Position numbers and translations under genes: made by a program | Shown: in pieces, positions 17,956 to 26,199 of the stretch | How positions within the stretch are numbered: the stretch's first letter is position 1 | How the letters are laid out: each line of letters opens with the position of its first letter | The notes under the pieces: generated by a model | Database searches by the model: none | Seen by the model: only the letters and a program-made list of their open reading frames with translations | What the model was told of the DNA's origin: nothing | Virus record (IMG/VR): IMGVR_UViG_3300017963_000192 | Location: 1 to 64,000 of that record | Strand: one strand, 5' to 3' | DNA: 64,000 nt

Positions 17956-18453
17956 TTATCTTTCAAATTCTCCTATTATTTCATATTTATCCTTATCTAT
18001 TTTTATATTTTTCCTATAAAAGCGATAAAACATTCCATGTAGAAAATAAGGTCTAAGTTTGTGTTCTGTTATATGCCTGTCTATGGGACGCTTATTATTT
18101 TCATCATAATCTGTATGCGTTCCTACGTACTTTCTAAAGTATTCGTGTTGTCTATCAAGTTGTTTTAAAAGTTTTTCTGGTATTCTATACACTTTATAAA
18201 ACCACTGGTATTCGTAATCAAAGAGTTCACCCTCTTCAAACTCCCATCCTTCTCTTTCGCAAACTTGTCTCCACTCTTCTTTCTCTTCCTTATTAAACGG
18301 TATTTCATGTACAATTTCTTTATCAAATGCAAAATAAACTCTCTCTCCTTCCCACAACATAATTCCTGTTAATGGACCATCCCAGTAAGCTAGATGGTAC
18401 AGAAATCTCGTTTGTCCATTAGTTTCTTTTGTTAGTTCATCAAGAGTTTTCAT
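17956..18453 (-). CDS. hypothetical phage protein
   Basis: 165 aa; YWDGPLTG motif. Confidence 0.65.
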   Translation of the reverse strand: MKTLDELTKETNGQTRFLYHLAYWDGPLTGIMLWEGERVYFAFDKEIVHEIPFNKEEKEEWRQVCEREGWEFEEGELFDYEYQWFYKVYRIPEKLLKQLDRQHEYFRKYVGTHTDYDENNKRPIDRHITEHKLRPYFLHGMFYRFYRKNIKIDKDKYEIIGEFER

Positions 18454-18456
18454 TTT

Positions 18457-18756
18457 TTATCCTGCATATTTCATTTTATCTCTGTATTCCTCTAAAATAG
18501 AAATTAACTTTTCTACCCCTTTTTTCTTTAGTACAAAAGCATCCGAATACGGGGAACCATAGGTCAGTATTCTCCATATTTGCCTTAACCTATTTCTTAA
18601 ACTTGGTTTACCAGTTATATTCCCATATTGATAAACTGAAAAATACAATAGAGATGGTTTCCCTTCTATTTCGAAATCCTCATCAAGAACTATTTGAATA
18701 AGTTCTGTATGACAATCACATTCAATATATTTTGGTTCAAACATTTGACAACTCAT
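18457..18756 (-). CDS. hypothetical phage protein
   Basis: 99 aa; SD AAGGAGG. Confidence 0.65.
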   Translation of the reverse strand: MSCQMFEPKYIECDCHTELIQIVLDEDFEIEGKPSLLYFSVYQYGNITGKPSLRNRLRQIWRILTYGSPYSDAFVLKKKGVEKLISILEEYRDKMKYAG

Positions 18757-18774
18757 ATCTATAACCTCCTTATG

Positions 18775-18848
18775 TGCGTCCTCTGAGAATCGAACTCAGT
18801 ACCTCGACCTTAAAAGGGTCTTGCTGCTACCAATTGAGCTATGGACGC
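18775..18848 (-). tRNA. trnK: tRNA-Lys(UUU) copy 2 (different acceptor stem)
   Basis: Body identical to copy 1; acceptor GCGTCCA/AGGACGC. Confidence 0.8.
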
Positions 18849-19083
18849 TTTAATAATCTAATAGAAAAACTTAATTCAAACTTGATAAGTTTTAATTTCA
18901 AGACCCATCCTAAAGTTTTAGATTCTATCCAAGTTTCAATACCGATATTAAATATAAAATCTTTATAGATTCCAGCAAATAATAAAATGTGTTCTCCATC
19001 AATTAAAGGATTTCTTGTTTTGTATGTAAAGAATCTCTTACTTTTACATTTGTACCATATGTCATTCATATTAATCTCCTATT

Positions 19084-19156
19084 TCCGCTCGACCGGAATC
19101 GAACCGATTGCCTCTCAGTTATCAGCCGAGTGCTCTACCTATTGAGCTACGAGCGG
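19084..19156 (-). tRNA. trnI: tRNA-Ile(GAU)
   Basis: CTCGG CTGATAA CTGAG. Confidence 0.9.
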
Positions 19157-19335
19157 TTAAGCAACATATTTTATATTTTTTCTCAAATCATAAAATATTG
19201 CAAACTGTAACCATCTAAAACAACCTATTTTCCACCCGTATGTTTTGAGTTTAGGAATTACTTCAAATCTGTATAACAGTATCCCTGGTACAGTATTCTT
19301 TGCTAATCCAATATTAATTATCATAGTTCCTCCTT

Positions 19336-19411
19336 TGGCGAGAGTGGGAGTCGAACCCACAGATTACAGAGTTTTTGGGACTCCAGCCTTTTCCAATTTA
19401 GCCATCTCGCC
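19336..19411 (-). tRNA. trnL: atypical tRNA-Leu(CAA): C33, 7-nt variable region
   Basis: GGAGT CCCAAAA ACTCT; Leu-type D-arm; A73. Confidence 0.6.
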
Positions 19412-19769
19412 TTAATTTGTTTCTTTTTGCTTGGTATGATCTATGACCTTCTCTACAAAGATCACATCTACATCCATGAGCATATTTGCTATGTGTTCCA
19501 TGATTTTCTTTTTTAAGTAAATTATGATGATAGTCACTATGACATTTTCTACACCATACAACACATTTTTTTAATTCTTTTTCTCTTCTCTCTTCAGACC
19601 AAGACCATATTTTATGATCTTCCTTTTCCTTTGGATTTTTATGATGTAATTCCAACTTTTCTATCGAACCACATTTTTCACATACTTTGTCTTTAAAAAA
19701 TTCTAATCTTCTTTTCCTTACCCATAATTTAGCATATTCTCTTTGTTTGTTAACATCCTTATAAGACAT
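19398..19769 (-). CDS. free-standing HNH endonuclease
   Basis: CEKCGS..LELHHK..CVVWCRKCH; C-terminal HGT..Y..GCRCDLC. Confidence 0.85.
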   Translation of the reverse strand: MSYKDVNKQREYAKLWVRKRRLEFFKDKVCEKCGSIEKLELHHKNPKEKEDHKIWSWSEERREKELKKCVVWCRKCHSDYHHNLLKKENHGTHSKYAHGCRCDLCREGHRSYQAKRNKLRRDG

Positions 19770-19790
19770 ACTAATACTCCTTCAATTAAT

Positions 19791-19872
19791 TAGGAGCGAA
19801 GGGAGTTGAACCCTTACACCTTTCGGCATTGGAGCTTAAATCCAATGTGTCTACCAGTTCCACCACGCTCCC
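19791..19872 (-). tRNA. trnL: tRNA-Leu(UAA)
   Basis: TTGGA TTTAAGC TCCAA, long variable arm. Confidence 0.92.
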
Positions 19873-19877
19873 ATATG

Positions 19878-19956
19878 TGCCCCACCTCCGATTCGAACGG
19901 AGACGCTTACGCACAGGGCCTAAACCTGTTGACTAGACCAATTCGTCTAATGGGGC
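19878..19956 (-). tRNA. trnL: tRNA-Leu(UAG)
   Basis: ACAGG TTTAGGC CCTGT, variable arm GCGTAAGCGT. Confidence 0.88.
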
Positions 19957-20063
19957 TTACTTAATTTTAAAAGACCTCTACATTCAGGACATTGCCAAGA
20001 ATGTACAATATCAGTCATTATTTCAAAGACCTTTAAACATTTAAAACATACAAATCTTTTCAT
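19947..20063 (-). CDS. 38-aa Zn-ribbon peptide (not in the ORF track)
   Basis: MKRFVCFKC..WQCPECRG, SD GGAGAGG. Confidence 0.5.
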   Translation of the reverse strand: MKRFVCFKCLKVFEIMTDIVHSWQCPECRGLLKLSKPH

Positions 20064-20078
20064 ATACCTCTCCTTATT

Positions 20079-20154
20079 TCCCCATGACAGGATTCGAACC
20101 TGTAAAGATTTAGTCCCTCAAACTAACGCCTCTACCAGATCGGGCTACATGGGG
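20079..20154 (-). tRNA. trnL: tRNA-Leu(GAG) with 6-nt variable region
   Basis: TTAGT TTGAGGG ACTAA; acceptor CCCCATG/CATGGGG. Confidence 0.75.
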
Positions 20155-20160
20155 TTTTAT

Positions 20161-20553
20161 TTAATTTCTTATAACAACTTGCCTGCCAAACCATGTTTTA
20201 AGAGGGTCAAATCCTCCTTTTATTAAAGTTTCTACATAACCCTGACTTCTTCGTACTTCATCATATTCTTTTCTTTCTTGTTCTTCTCTGTCATTTAATT
20301 CTTGTTGTTCATCTTCCAATTCAACTTCTTTATATATCATATCGAGGTCCATTTCAACAATTTCATTTATTTCATAAAGTTCGGCGTGTTCAAGCTGATT
20401 ATCTCCAGTATAATATTCTTTAATAACTTTGATAAGTTCTACTTTAGCAGATTCTAGTGTTTTTGAATCCAAGTCAATAACATTAAGTCCACATCCTATT
20501 GTGTAATCACATCCTTCCGCTTCTTGAACTATGTGTGCCTTATAAACTTTCAT
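20161..20553 (-). CDS. hypothetical phage protein
   Basis: 130 aa, acidic. Confidence 0.6.
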   Translation of the reverse strand: MKVYKAHIVQEAEGCDYTIGCGLNVIDLDSKTLESAKVELIKVIKEYYTGDNQLEHAELYEINEIVEMDLDMIYKEVELEDEQQELNDREEQERKEYDEVRRSQGYVETLIKGGFDPLKTWFGRQVVIRN

Positions 20554-21251
20554 TTTATTTATCCCCCTTTCTATTCTCTCTTAACTCTATGCAAATAGAG
20601 CTATTACACTCTTCTCCAAAATTAACTTTGCAATCGCATACGCTACATCTCCAACCCTTAATATATTCATTTATTTCGAAAAATTCTAAATCTACACCTG
20701 TAGCTTTCATCTCTTACTTCCTTCAAATATATTTAATGACCTTCTAATGCCAATCTAATTAAATCCCCTTTAACTGTTTTCATTATACCTTCCTTATGGT
20801 TGAATCACTTCATCTTCTTTCAACTCTTTAATATCTTTATCGAATTCTCCATTAGCAAACTTTTGAAGCACTTCAAGATTATCAAGAACCGCTTTAACTT
20901 TATTCTTGCTGAGATTAAATCCACCTCTATAGAAATTCCCTTTAATCTTTACCATTGGAACTCCAGAGCCAAGTTTAGGAAGACCTTCCTTATCTTTTGG
21001 GACAAATTTGTAGAAGTGTTCGATGGTACTTGGTATTACTTCTTCGCCAGTTTCATCTTTTTCTAATTTAACTTTCTTCATTTCAATCTCCTTTTTTAAT
21101 TTTTTCTTTAAATTTTTCCAGTCTTTCTTTACTCTTTTTTTTAGCTTCTTCGCTTCTTTCTTTAAGAAGACCTTTCTTTGTAACATTAGATAGTATATAA
21201 TCTTGGATATCTATTTTATCTTTCTTCATCTTAATCTCCTTAATTTTAATG

Positions 21252-21324
21252 CGGGGCTGACGAGTTTTGATCTCGCTACCTCTTGCGTGACAGGCAAGCA
21301 CTCTCCCAATTGAGCTACAGCCAC
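21252..21324 (-). tRNA. trnD: tRNA-Asp(GUC), degenerate T-loop
   Basis: CTTGC CTGTCAC GCAAG; G73; T-loop ATCAAAA; 2:71 mismatch. Confidence 0.75.
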
Positions 21325-21360
21325 CATAAAAGTTATACCACAGCCCCATTATAAATTAGA

Positions 21361-21717
21361 TTATCTTTCATCTTTTTCCAAACCCAAGCATTGCTTTAAG
21401 TAAGCTGCTAAATCTGCATCTTCTTCATTAGCCTCTTCTTTGTATTCTTCTAGTAGTTCTATAATTCTTTCTTTTAATGATTGGAATTTGAATTCTTTCT
21501 TTTTGCCTGGTTCTAAATGAACATTATACCAGTTATCCCTCATTTTTGTAGCTTGGTCAAACGCATCTAAAGCATTTAATAGATACTCTGCTAAAATGTG
21601 GTCTGGTGTGTTACTGCCATTCTCTGCACTTGAAATATTAATTGCTTCCTTAATTTTCTCTCTTAAATCCATACATACCTCCCTTACTCCTTGTTCTTTT
21701 TTATAAATTTTATACAT
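21361..21717 (-). CDS. hypothetical phage protein
   Basis: NGSNTPDHILAEYL..RDNWY motif. Confidence 0.6.
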   Translation of the reverse strand: MYKIYKKEQGVREVCMDLREKIKEAINISSAENGSNTPDHILAEYLLNALDAFDQATKMRDNWYNVHLEPGKKKEFKFQSLKERIIELLEEYKEEANEEDADLAAYLKQCLGLEKDER

Positions 21718-22203
21718 TCTTGAAAACCTGCAACAAAGTATGATTGTTCAGTTGCAGTCATATTTAATTTATCACTTATCTTTATTGCAATGATTCCAGC
21801 TTCTTCTATATTTGGTAATAAATTATCTAACGTATCCATTTATCTTTACTCCTTTTGTGTATTGATATCCTTCATTTCATTTCTCTTTATAAGTTATTTT
21901 ATTTAAATATATCTTTTAATATTTAAATTTATACCTCTCATATTTATTAAAATCACAATAATATGCATCACCATCTTCCCATACCCACGTTTTTAGATGA
22001 TTACATTGCCCTTCCCCTTTTCTTACGATGCAACTCGTAGGACCAAGTATATTTAAGCAGAAATCTACTCCCATTATCACATCATATAAAGGGCAATAGG
22101 TAGGATGGGCTGATTTAGCATTTTCACTTGTTATCATAACAATTCTATTTATTTTACCAGTACCTTTACAATTAAGCATCTCCCTTACTCCTTGTTCTTT
22201 TTT
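21679..22203. repeat. 24-bp direct repeat containing two SD motifs (21679-21702, 22180-22203)
   Basis: Minus strand AAAAAAGAACAAGGAGTAAGGGAG, followed closely by ATG in both copies. Confidence 0.75.
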
Positions 22204-22476
22204 TATCTGGTCTTGTAACCAAAAATAGAGCTTATCTATGGTGAACTTTTCATTATAGAACGGAAGTGTTACTTCCCAATCAATCTTCTTTTCTGAAAGA
22301 TATTCAATCATATATCCAACAAGCATCCTTTCATCCAGTTCAATCTCCCCATAACTCCCCATTCCAGCTACAATAGATATCCCTTCTTCTGACAGTTCTA
22401 TTTGTTTGTATCCTTTAGTTTCTTCTCCATATATGGTGTTGTTGTTTTCTCTCATCCAATTCCAAAATTCTTTCAT
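21916..22476 (-). CDS. hypothetical protein, probably a fusion of two small genes
   Basis: Internal SD repeat and ATG at 22179 (MLNCKG..). Confidence 0.55.
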   Translation of the reverse strand: MKEFWNWMRENNNTIYGEETKGYKQIELSEEGISIVAGMGSYGEIELDERMLVGYMIEYLSEKKIDWEVTLPFYNEKFTIDKLYFWLQDQIKKEQGVREMLNCKGTGKINRIVMITSENAKSAHPTYCPLYDVIMGVDFCLNILGPTSCIVRKGEGQCNHLKTWVWEDGDAYYCDFNKYERYKFKY

Positions 22477-22505
22477 ACTCCCCCTCTACCGACAAACATA
22501 ATTAT

Positions 22506-22595
22506 TTGAACTAACATAGCCTAAAGGCTATGGATTCCTGATCTGAGCTTATTACATCTACACTCATATCTCTCAAACTGTTTCACAGTTTCGCT
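22506..22595 (-). mobile_element. orphan IS200/IS605 (tnpB)-type right end / omegaRNA-like remnant
   Basis: GGAATC CATAGCC TTTA GGCTATG T TAGTTCAA; upstream hairpin AAACTG TGAAA CAGTTT; no transposase or tnpB nearby. Confidence 0.6.
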
Positions 22596-22618
22596 TATTC
22601 TCCATAAGTTAAGTGAAA

Positions 22619-23293
22619 TTACTCGCTTAATTCTTCTATGCTATAAATTTCCATATCTTCATATTTATCAGGCTTCAACCCAGAAGATGTTAAAGCGTTC
22701 CATAAAGCTTCTGCTTCAATTTCTAATTCTTTTCTTGATGTACTTTCACTCTCAAAAATAAATCTGTATTCTTCTTGAGGTTCATCAACACGCATCAGTT
22801 CTTCAACTTCATCGTCTATTTTATAGCCCTTTCTCTCCAGCATTTCTGCTAAATCAGAAAGTTTACTAAAAAATTGTTTCATCGTTCCCGCAGTTTTCGT
22901 TACTTGTTCAGAGGTTAGCCCTAGTTCTTTTGCAATTTCTATTATTCTATTTCTATAAGGCTTGTATATTTCGTAGGCTTTTTTATATCTCTTTATCTTA
23001 TCTCTTAATTCTGTGTTTTCTTTAGAGAAATTGTCTATTATCTCGTTCTTTTCTTTTAATAACTCTTTGTATTTCTCTAATCTTTTCTTGCTTTTTAATT
23101 TACTCTCTTTATAACTTTCTTCTTTTATTTCTTCTATTTGTTTATAATGATTATCACAAATCTCTTTTATTTTATTTTCATAATATTCTCTTAACTCATC
23201 TTCTTTTTCTTTATAAATCTTCTCAACTTTTGTTTTTTGAGCACTTAAAATCTTATCAAGTTTTTCTTTAGTCATCCGATAAGTTTTCGACAT
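22619..23293 (-). CDS. coiled-coil hypothetical protein
   Basis: 224 aa, K/E-rich heptads; SD AAGGAG. Confidence 0.7.
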   Translation of the reverse strand: MSKTYRMTKEKLDKILSAQKTKVEKIYKEKEDELREYYENKIKEICDNHYKQIEEIKEESYKESKLKSKKRLEKYKELLKEKNEIIDNFSKENTELRDKIKRYKKAYEIYKPYRNRIIEIAKELGLTSEQVTKTAGTMKQFFSKLSDLAEMLERKGYKIDDEVEELMRVDEPQEEYRFIFESESTSRKELEIEAEALWNALTSSGLKPDKYEDMEIYSIEELSE

Positions 23294-23368
23294 ATTCTTA
23301 TCTCCTTAATATAACATTAATAATTATATAAAAATATGTCTCATTTAAAGTCAATAAAAAAATACAAT

Positions 23369-23439
23369 TTGCGGGTGACAGAATTGAACTGTCCTGGGCG
23401 GCTTATGAGACCGTTGAGTAACCACTACTCTAACCCGCA
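23369..23439 (-). tRNA. trnM: tRNA-Met(CAU), initiator-like
   Basis: ACGGT CTCATAA GCCGC; fMet-like GCGGG acceptor, A11:U24, TTCAA T-loop; lacks the 3 G-C anticodon pairs. Confidence 0.75.
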
Positions 23440-23442
23440 ATG

Positions 23443-23716
23443 TGTCAGTTTCTAATAGTGAGGATTCATCGGGTAGCTAATCCCTCCACCACACGTTCGG
23501 CTTCACTGACAAGCTCGGTTGCACAGAGGAGTCCTGTTTAGGACACTGGTGTCCGTCCTCTCTTTACCTATAAAGGGTTAATTTAAAAGTTTTTGATATC
23601 GCTGTGCCAACGATAAAAGAGTTATATAGTACCCTATTTCTCTTGAATATTCAATGACTCTAGTTGTCTCAGTTCCTTTCGGTCACTGTTTAGAATATTC
23701 TGCTATATAACCCAAG
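23443..23716 (-). ncRNA. unidentified multi-domain structured RNA
   Basis: Several long stems, a kink-turn motif and no ORF; see findings. Confidence 0.6.
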
Positions 23717-23719
23717 ATG

Positions 23720-23771
23720 AAGAGGCGGAAAGGATCGAAAACCCATTGTACTGCCATTGTACTACGCCTCT
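23720..23771 (-). pseudogene. internally deleted tRNA (Gln-like)
   Basis: Acceptor AGAGGCG/CGCCTCT and D-arm GTAC AATGGCA GTAC intact; anticodon-to-T-arm segment reduced to 19 nt. Confidence 0.65.
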
Positions 23772-23953
23772 ATATTATTTAATTTCTCAATAATTTCCTT
23801 TTTGTTTTCTACAATTACTTGTGATAATTTTAATATCCCATAAAAACCTAATCTGTCTAAATCATTATGGTAATTTCTATAAAGCTTGTCAAGAAATTTA
23901 GCGAATTCTTTGTCTTTATCGCTAAAGAAATACTCCCAATTTTGTTTACTCAT
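23762..23953 (-). CDS. hypothetical phage protein
   Basis: 63 aa, SD GGGGG. Confidence 0.55.
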   Translation of the reverse strand: MSKQNWEYFFSDKDKEFAKFLDKLYRNYHNDLDRLGFYGILKLSQVIVENKKEIIEKLNNIEA

Positions 23954-23967
23954 AAAAACCCCCTATT

Positions 23968-24040
23968 TGACGCTAGGGGGAGTTGAACCCGCCATTACAG
24001 AGTTGAAAGCCCTGTGGCCTAACCATTAGCCGATAGCGCC
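23968..24040 (-). tRNA. trnE: tRNA-Glu(UUC)
   Basis: CAGGG CTTTCAA CTCTG. Confidence 0.88.
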
Positions 24041-24045
24041 TTATG

Positions 24046-24117
24046 TGGAGCCGAGGGGAATCGAACCCTCGTCTTTTTGCTTGCAAAGCAAACGCCTTCC
24101 CAGTTGGCTACGACCCC
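24046..24117 (-). tRNA. trnA: tRNA-Ala(UGC)
   Basis: TTTGC TTTGCAA GCAAA; G3:U70. Confidence 0.92.
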
Positions 24118-24178
24118 ATAAATAATGTTATTGTTGAATTTAAGTCAATGAATTTTTTATAATTATTAATAAAAAATG

Positions 24179-24263
24179 TAGGTCAGGAGGGATTCGAACC
24201 CCCATCGGTTTTACCCTACACTTCATTAGCAGTGAAGCCTCTTACCAGTTAGAGTACCTTTCC
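24179..24263 (-). tRNA. trnS: tRNA-Ser(GCU) with non-matching 3' acceptor strand (chimera)
   Basis: CTTCA CTGCTAA TGAAG, long variable arm; 5' GGAAAGG vs 3' CTGACCT. Confidence 0.65.
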
Positions 24264-24267
24264 AAAA

Positions 24268-24368
24268 AGTTAACCCACAAAACAGCAATTGTCCACCATT
24301 TGTGGGTTAACTGTGATTTACATTTAACCTGTTCAAGAAATCCCCTGCCTTTAGGCGGGGGTAGTTCA
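24268..24368 (+). mobile_element. second orphan IS200/IS605-type right end (MITE-like)
   Basis: 14-bp hairpin 24268-24312, then GAAATC CCCTGCC TTTA GGCGGGG G TAGTTCA. Confidence 0.6.
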
Positions 24369-24766
24369 CTTATTATTAATTTTATTTCTTTTTTCTAAAG
24401 AGTATCTCAATCATCTTTGCAAATGCTTTTATTGTCGTTGTCCAAAGTTTCCAAATCATTTGGAATCCTTCTTTGTTTGCCATAATCGACCTCCAATTCA
24501 ATAGATGGTAATGAAGTAATTGCACTTTCTACATACATTTTTCCGTCCATTTTTTTGTACCAAATAGTTGTATTTAATCCTTTCCAATGTGTAGTAGTAA
24601 CTTTTGATTTTTTGAATTTTAGTCTTATTCTTTTTTTTAATGGTTGATTCTCTATCCATAATTTTGGATTCTTCCACCATTCATTAGGAACTACAAGTGC
24701 AATCATATATTTCCCCCATATAAGTAATTTATATGGGGGAGCAATATATGTAAAGTAAAATTTAAA

Positions 24767-25060
24767 TTACTTATTCTTTTTTAACATTACAAGAATAAGG
24801 GCGATAATTATAAGTTGCCATCCACCAGCTTTTAATACATTTGCAATAGCAGTTAGTATTATTTTAGCTTGATCGACAGTAAATCCTATAACTCCTACAG
24901 AACCTTTCAAAAGGATATCTGCAACTACTACGATAATTATTAGTAAAGTTACAGCACCTTTTGAAGTGCTTACTTGATTTGCAATCCCATCAATAAACTT
25001 TGTTAAAATATCAAGCAGTTTAGATGGAAGAGCTTTAAGTTTTACAAGAACCTCATTCAT
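24767..25060 (-). CDS. small membrane protein (holin-like)
   Basis: 2-3 hydrophobic helices, basic C-terminus. Confidence 0.55.
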   Translation of the reverse strand: MNEVLVKLKALPSKLLDILTKFIDGIANQVSTSKGAVTLLIIIVVVADILLKGSVGVIGFTVDQAKIILTAIANVLKAGGWQLIIIALILVMLKKNK

Positions 25061-25347
25061 TTTAAGACCTCCATTAAAATTTATATTCTTAAAAGAATCC
25101 TTATAATTAATCTAAAAGGTATAAAGATATCTAATAGAATCTCTTTTTTTTCTGAATACATTCCAGAAGAATATTCCAAATAAACTAATATTAAATAAAC
25201 GATGTACGCTATTAATATGGTCATTATTATATGTTTTGTGTTGAGTTTTGAAATCTGATTTTAGATTTCGAATTTTCATCTGTAGATAAATCTTTAGATG
25301 GTTTCATTTTGGATGTAAGTTAAATAATAACGAATATTCAACTTATT

Positions 25348-25878
25348 TTAAGGATATTCTGATAGTATTTCTTTTAATTCTTTAATAGTTTGATCAGCAG
25401 ATTTATGTAAAATTCCAGTCCCGCCAGACTCTTTCCAGGCATTGATGTTTTTATCTCTATCATCTATTAGGATGGTATTTTTATTTTTTATAAAATCTTC
25501 TTTTTTATTAGAGAAATTTACTTTAATATCTCCTATTTCTCTTCTTGCCCACGCTTTTTTATCTTCTTTACAATTCTTAACAGAATTTGCGGGTGTTGTT
25601 AATAATTCTACATCATAATCTTTTAAAAAATTCCATAATTTTTTACCATCTGGCATCCAATCCATGTTCAACCAATAATGGTCAGTTTCTTTATTTATGG
25701 TTTTCCATAGTGCTGGTTCGCCTTTCTTTTTAGAGTATTCTCTTGGATTTTCATAGCCTAAATCCATAAAAGCTTTTTCGAAATCGGTAAGCACTCCGTC
25801 CATATCCACGTAAATTTTTCGTCTCGTATCCGAGACTTTGATTAAATCATTAATAGTTTTCATATTTCTAAAGTTCAT
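25348..25878 (-). CDS. 5'(3')-deoxyribonucleotidase (HAD) with MNF tag
   Basis: IYVDMDGVLTDF, ILIDDR..N. Confidence 0.88.
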   Translation of the reverse strand: MNFRNMKTINDLIKVSDTRRKIYVDMDGVLTDFEKAFMDLGYENPREYSKKKGEPALWKTINKETDHYWLNMDWMPDGKKLWNFLKDYDVELLTTPANSVKNCKEDKKAWARREIGDIKVNFSNKKEDFIKNKNTILIDDRDKNINAWKESGGTGILHKSADQTIKELKEILSEYP

Positions 25879-25886
25879 ATTGCATC

Positions 25887-26198
25887 CTAATGAGCAGTCT
25901 CTGTTTTAATAATATAATTTCTTGTATCATACATATCTTCATCATCATTATACAAAGGATGAATTATATCATTATATTTAAGTTCTTCTTCAATAACATC
26001 GGACGGTTTTATAAATGATTGAAGTTCTGATCCGTATGACCTATCCTCATTTCTTAATTCGTGATGTAAAGATTTCCATGTGTATTCAAGAGAACCGCCT
26101 TCATCTATAAGCTCATTTTTATTATATAATCTATATATGTTATCGCTATAAGCTTTTTTAATTAATTTATCAATATTATTTATTGATATAAAATTCAT
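25887..26198 (-). CDS. hypothetical protein with MNF tag
   Basis: MNFISINNIDKLIKKA. Confidence 0.7.
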   Translation of the reverse strand: MNFISINNIDKLIKKAYSDNIYRLYNKNELIDEGGSLEYTWKSLHHELRNEDRSYGSELQSFIKPSDVIEEELKYNDIIHPLYNDDEDMYDTRNYIIKTETAH

Positions 26199-26199
26199 A

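Noticed and set aside
17794-18042. Plus-strand ORFs over tRNAs (also 18774-18968) and other short plus-strand ORFs across the window
   Set aside because: Antisense shadows of tRNAs or minus-strand genes, with no SD or motifs
21083-21349. ORF start inside tRNA-Asp (likewise 19157-19360 inside tRNA-Leu and the 20794-21186 extension)
   Set aside because: True starts are probably downstream (21229, 19324, about 21080) after clear SD motifs
23460-23700. Resemblance to SRP helix 8, RNase P P1, the 16S GGATTAGATACCC loop, or a full SAM-I riboswitch
   Set aside because: Only short motifs match; the conserved cores of each family are absent
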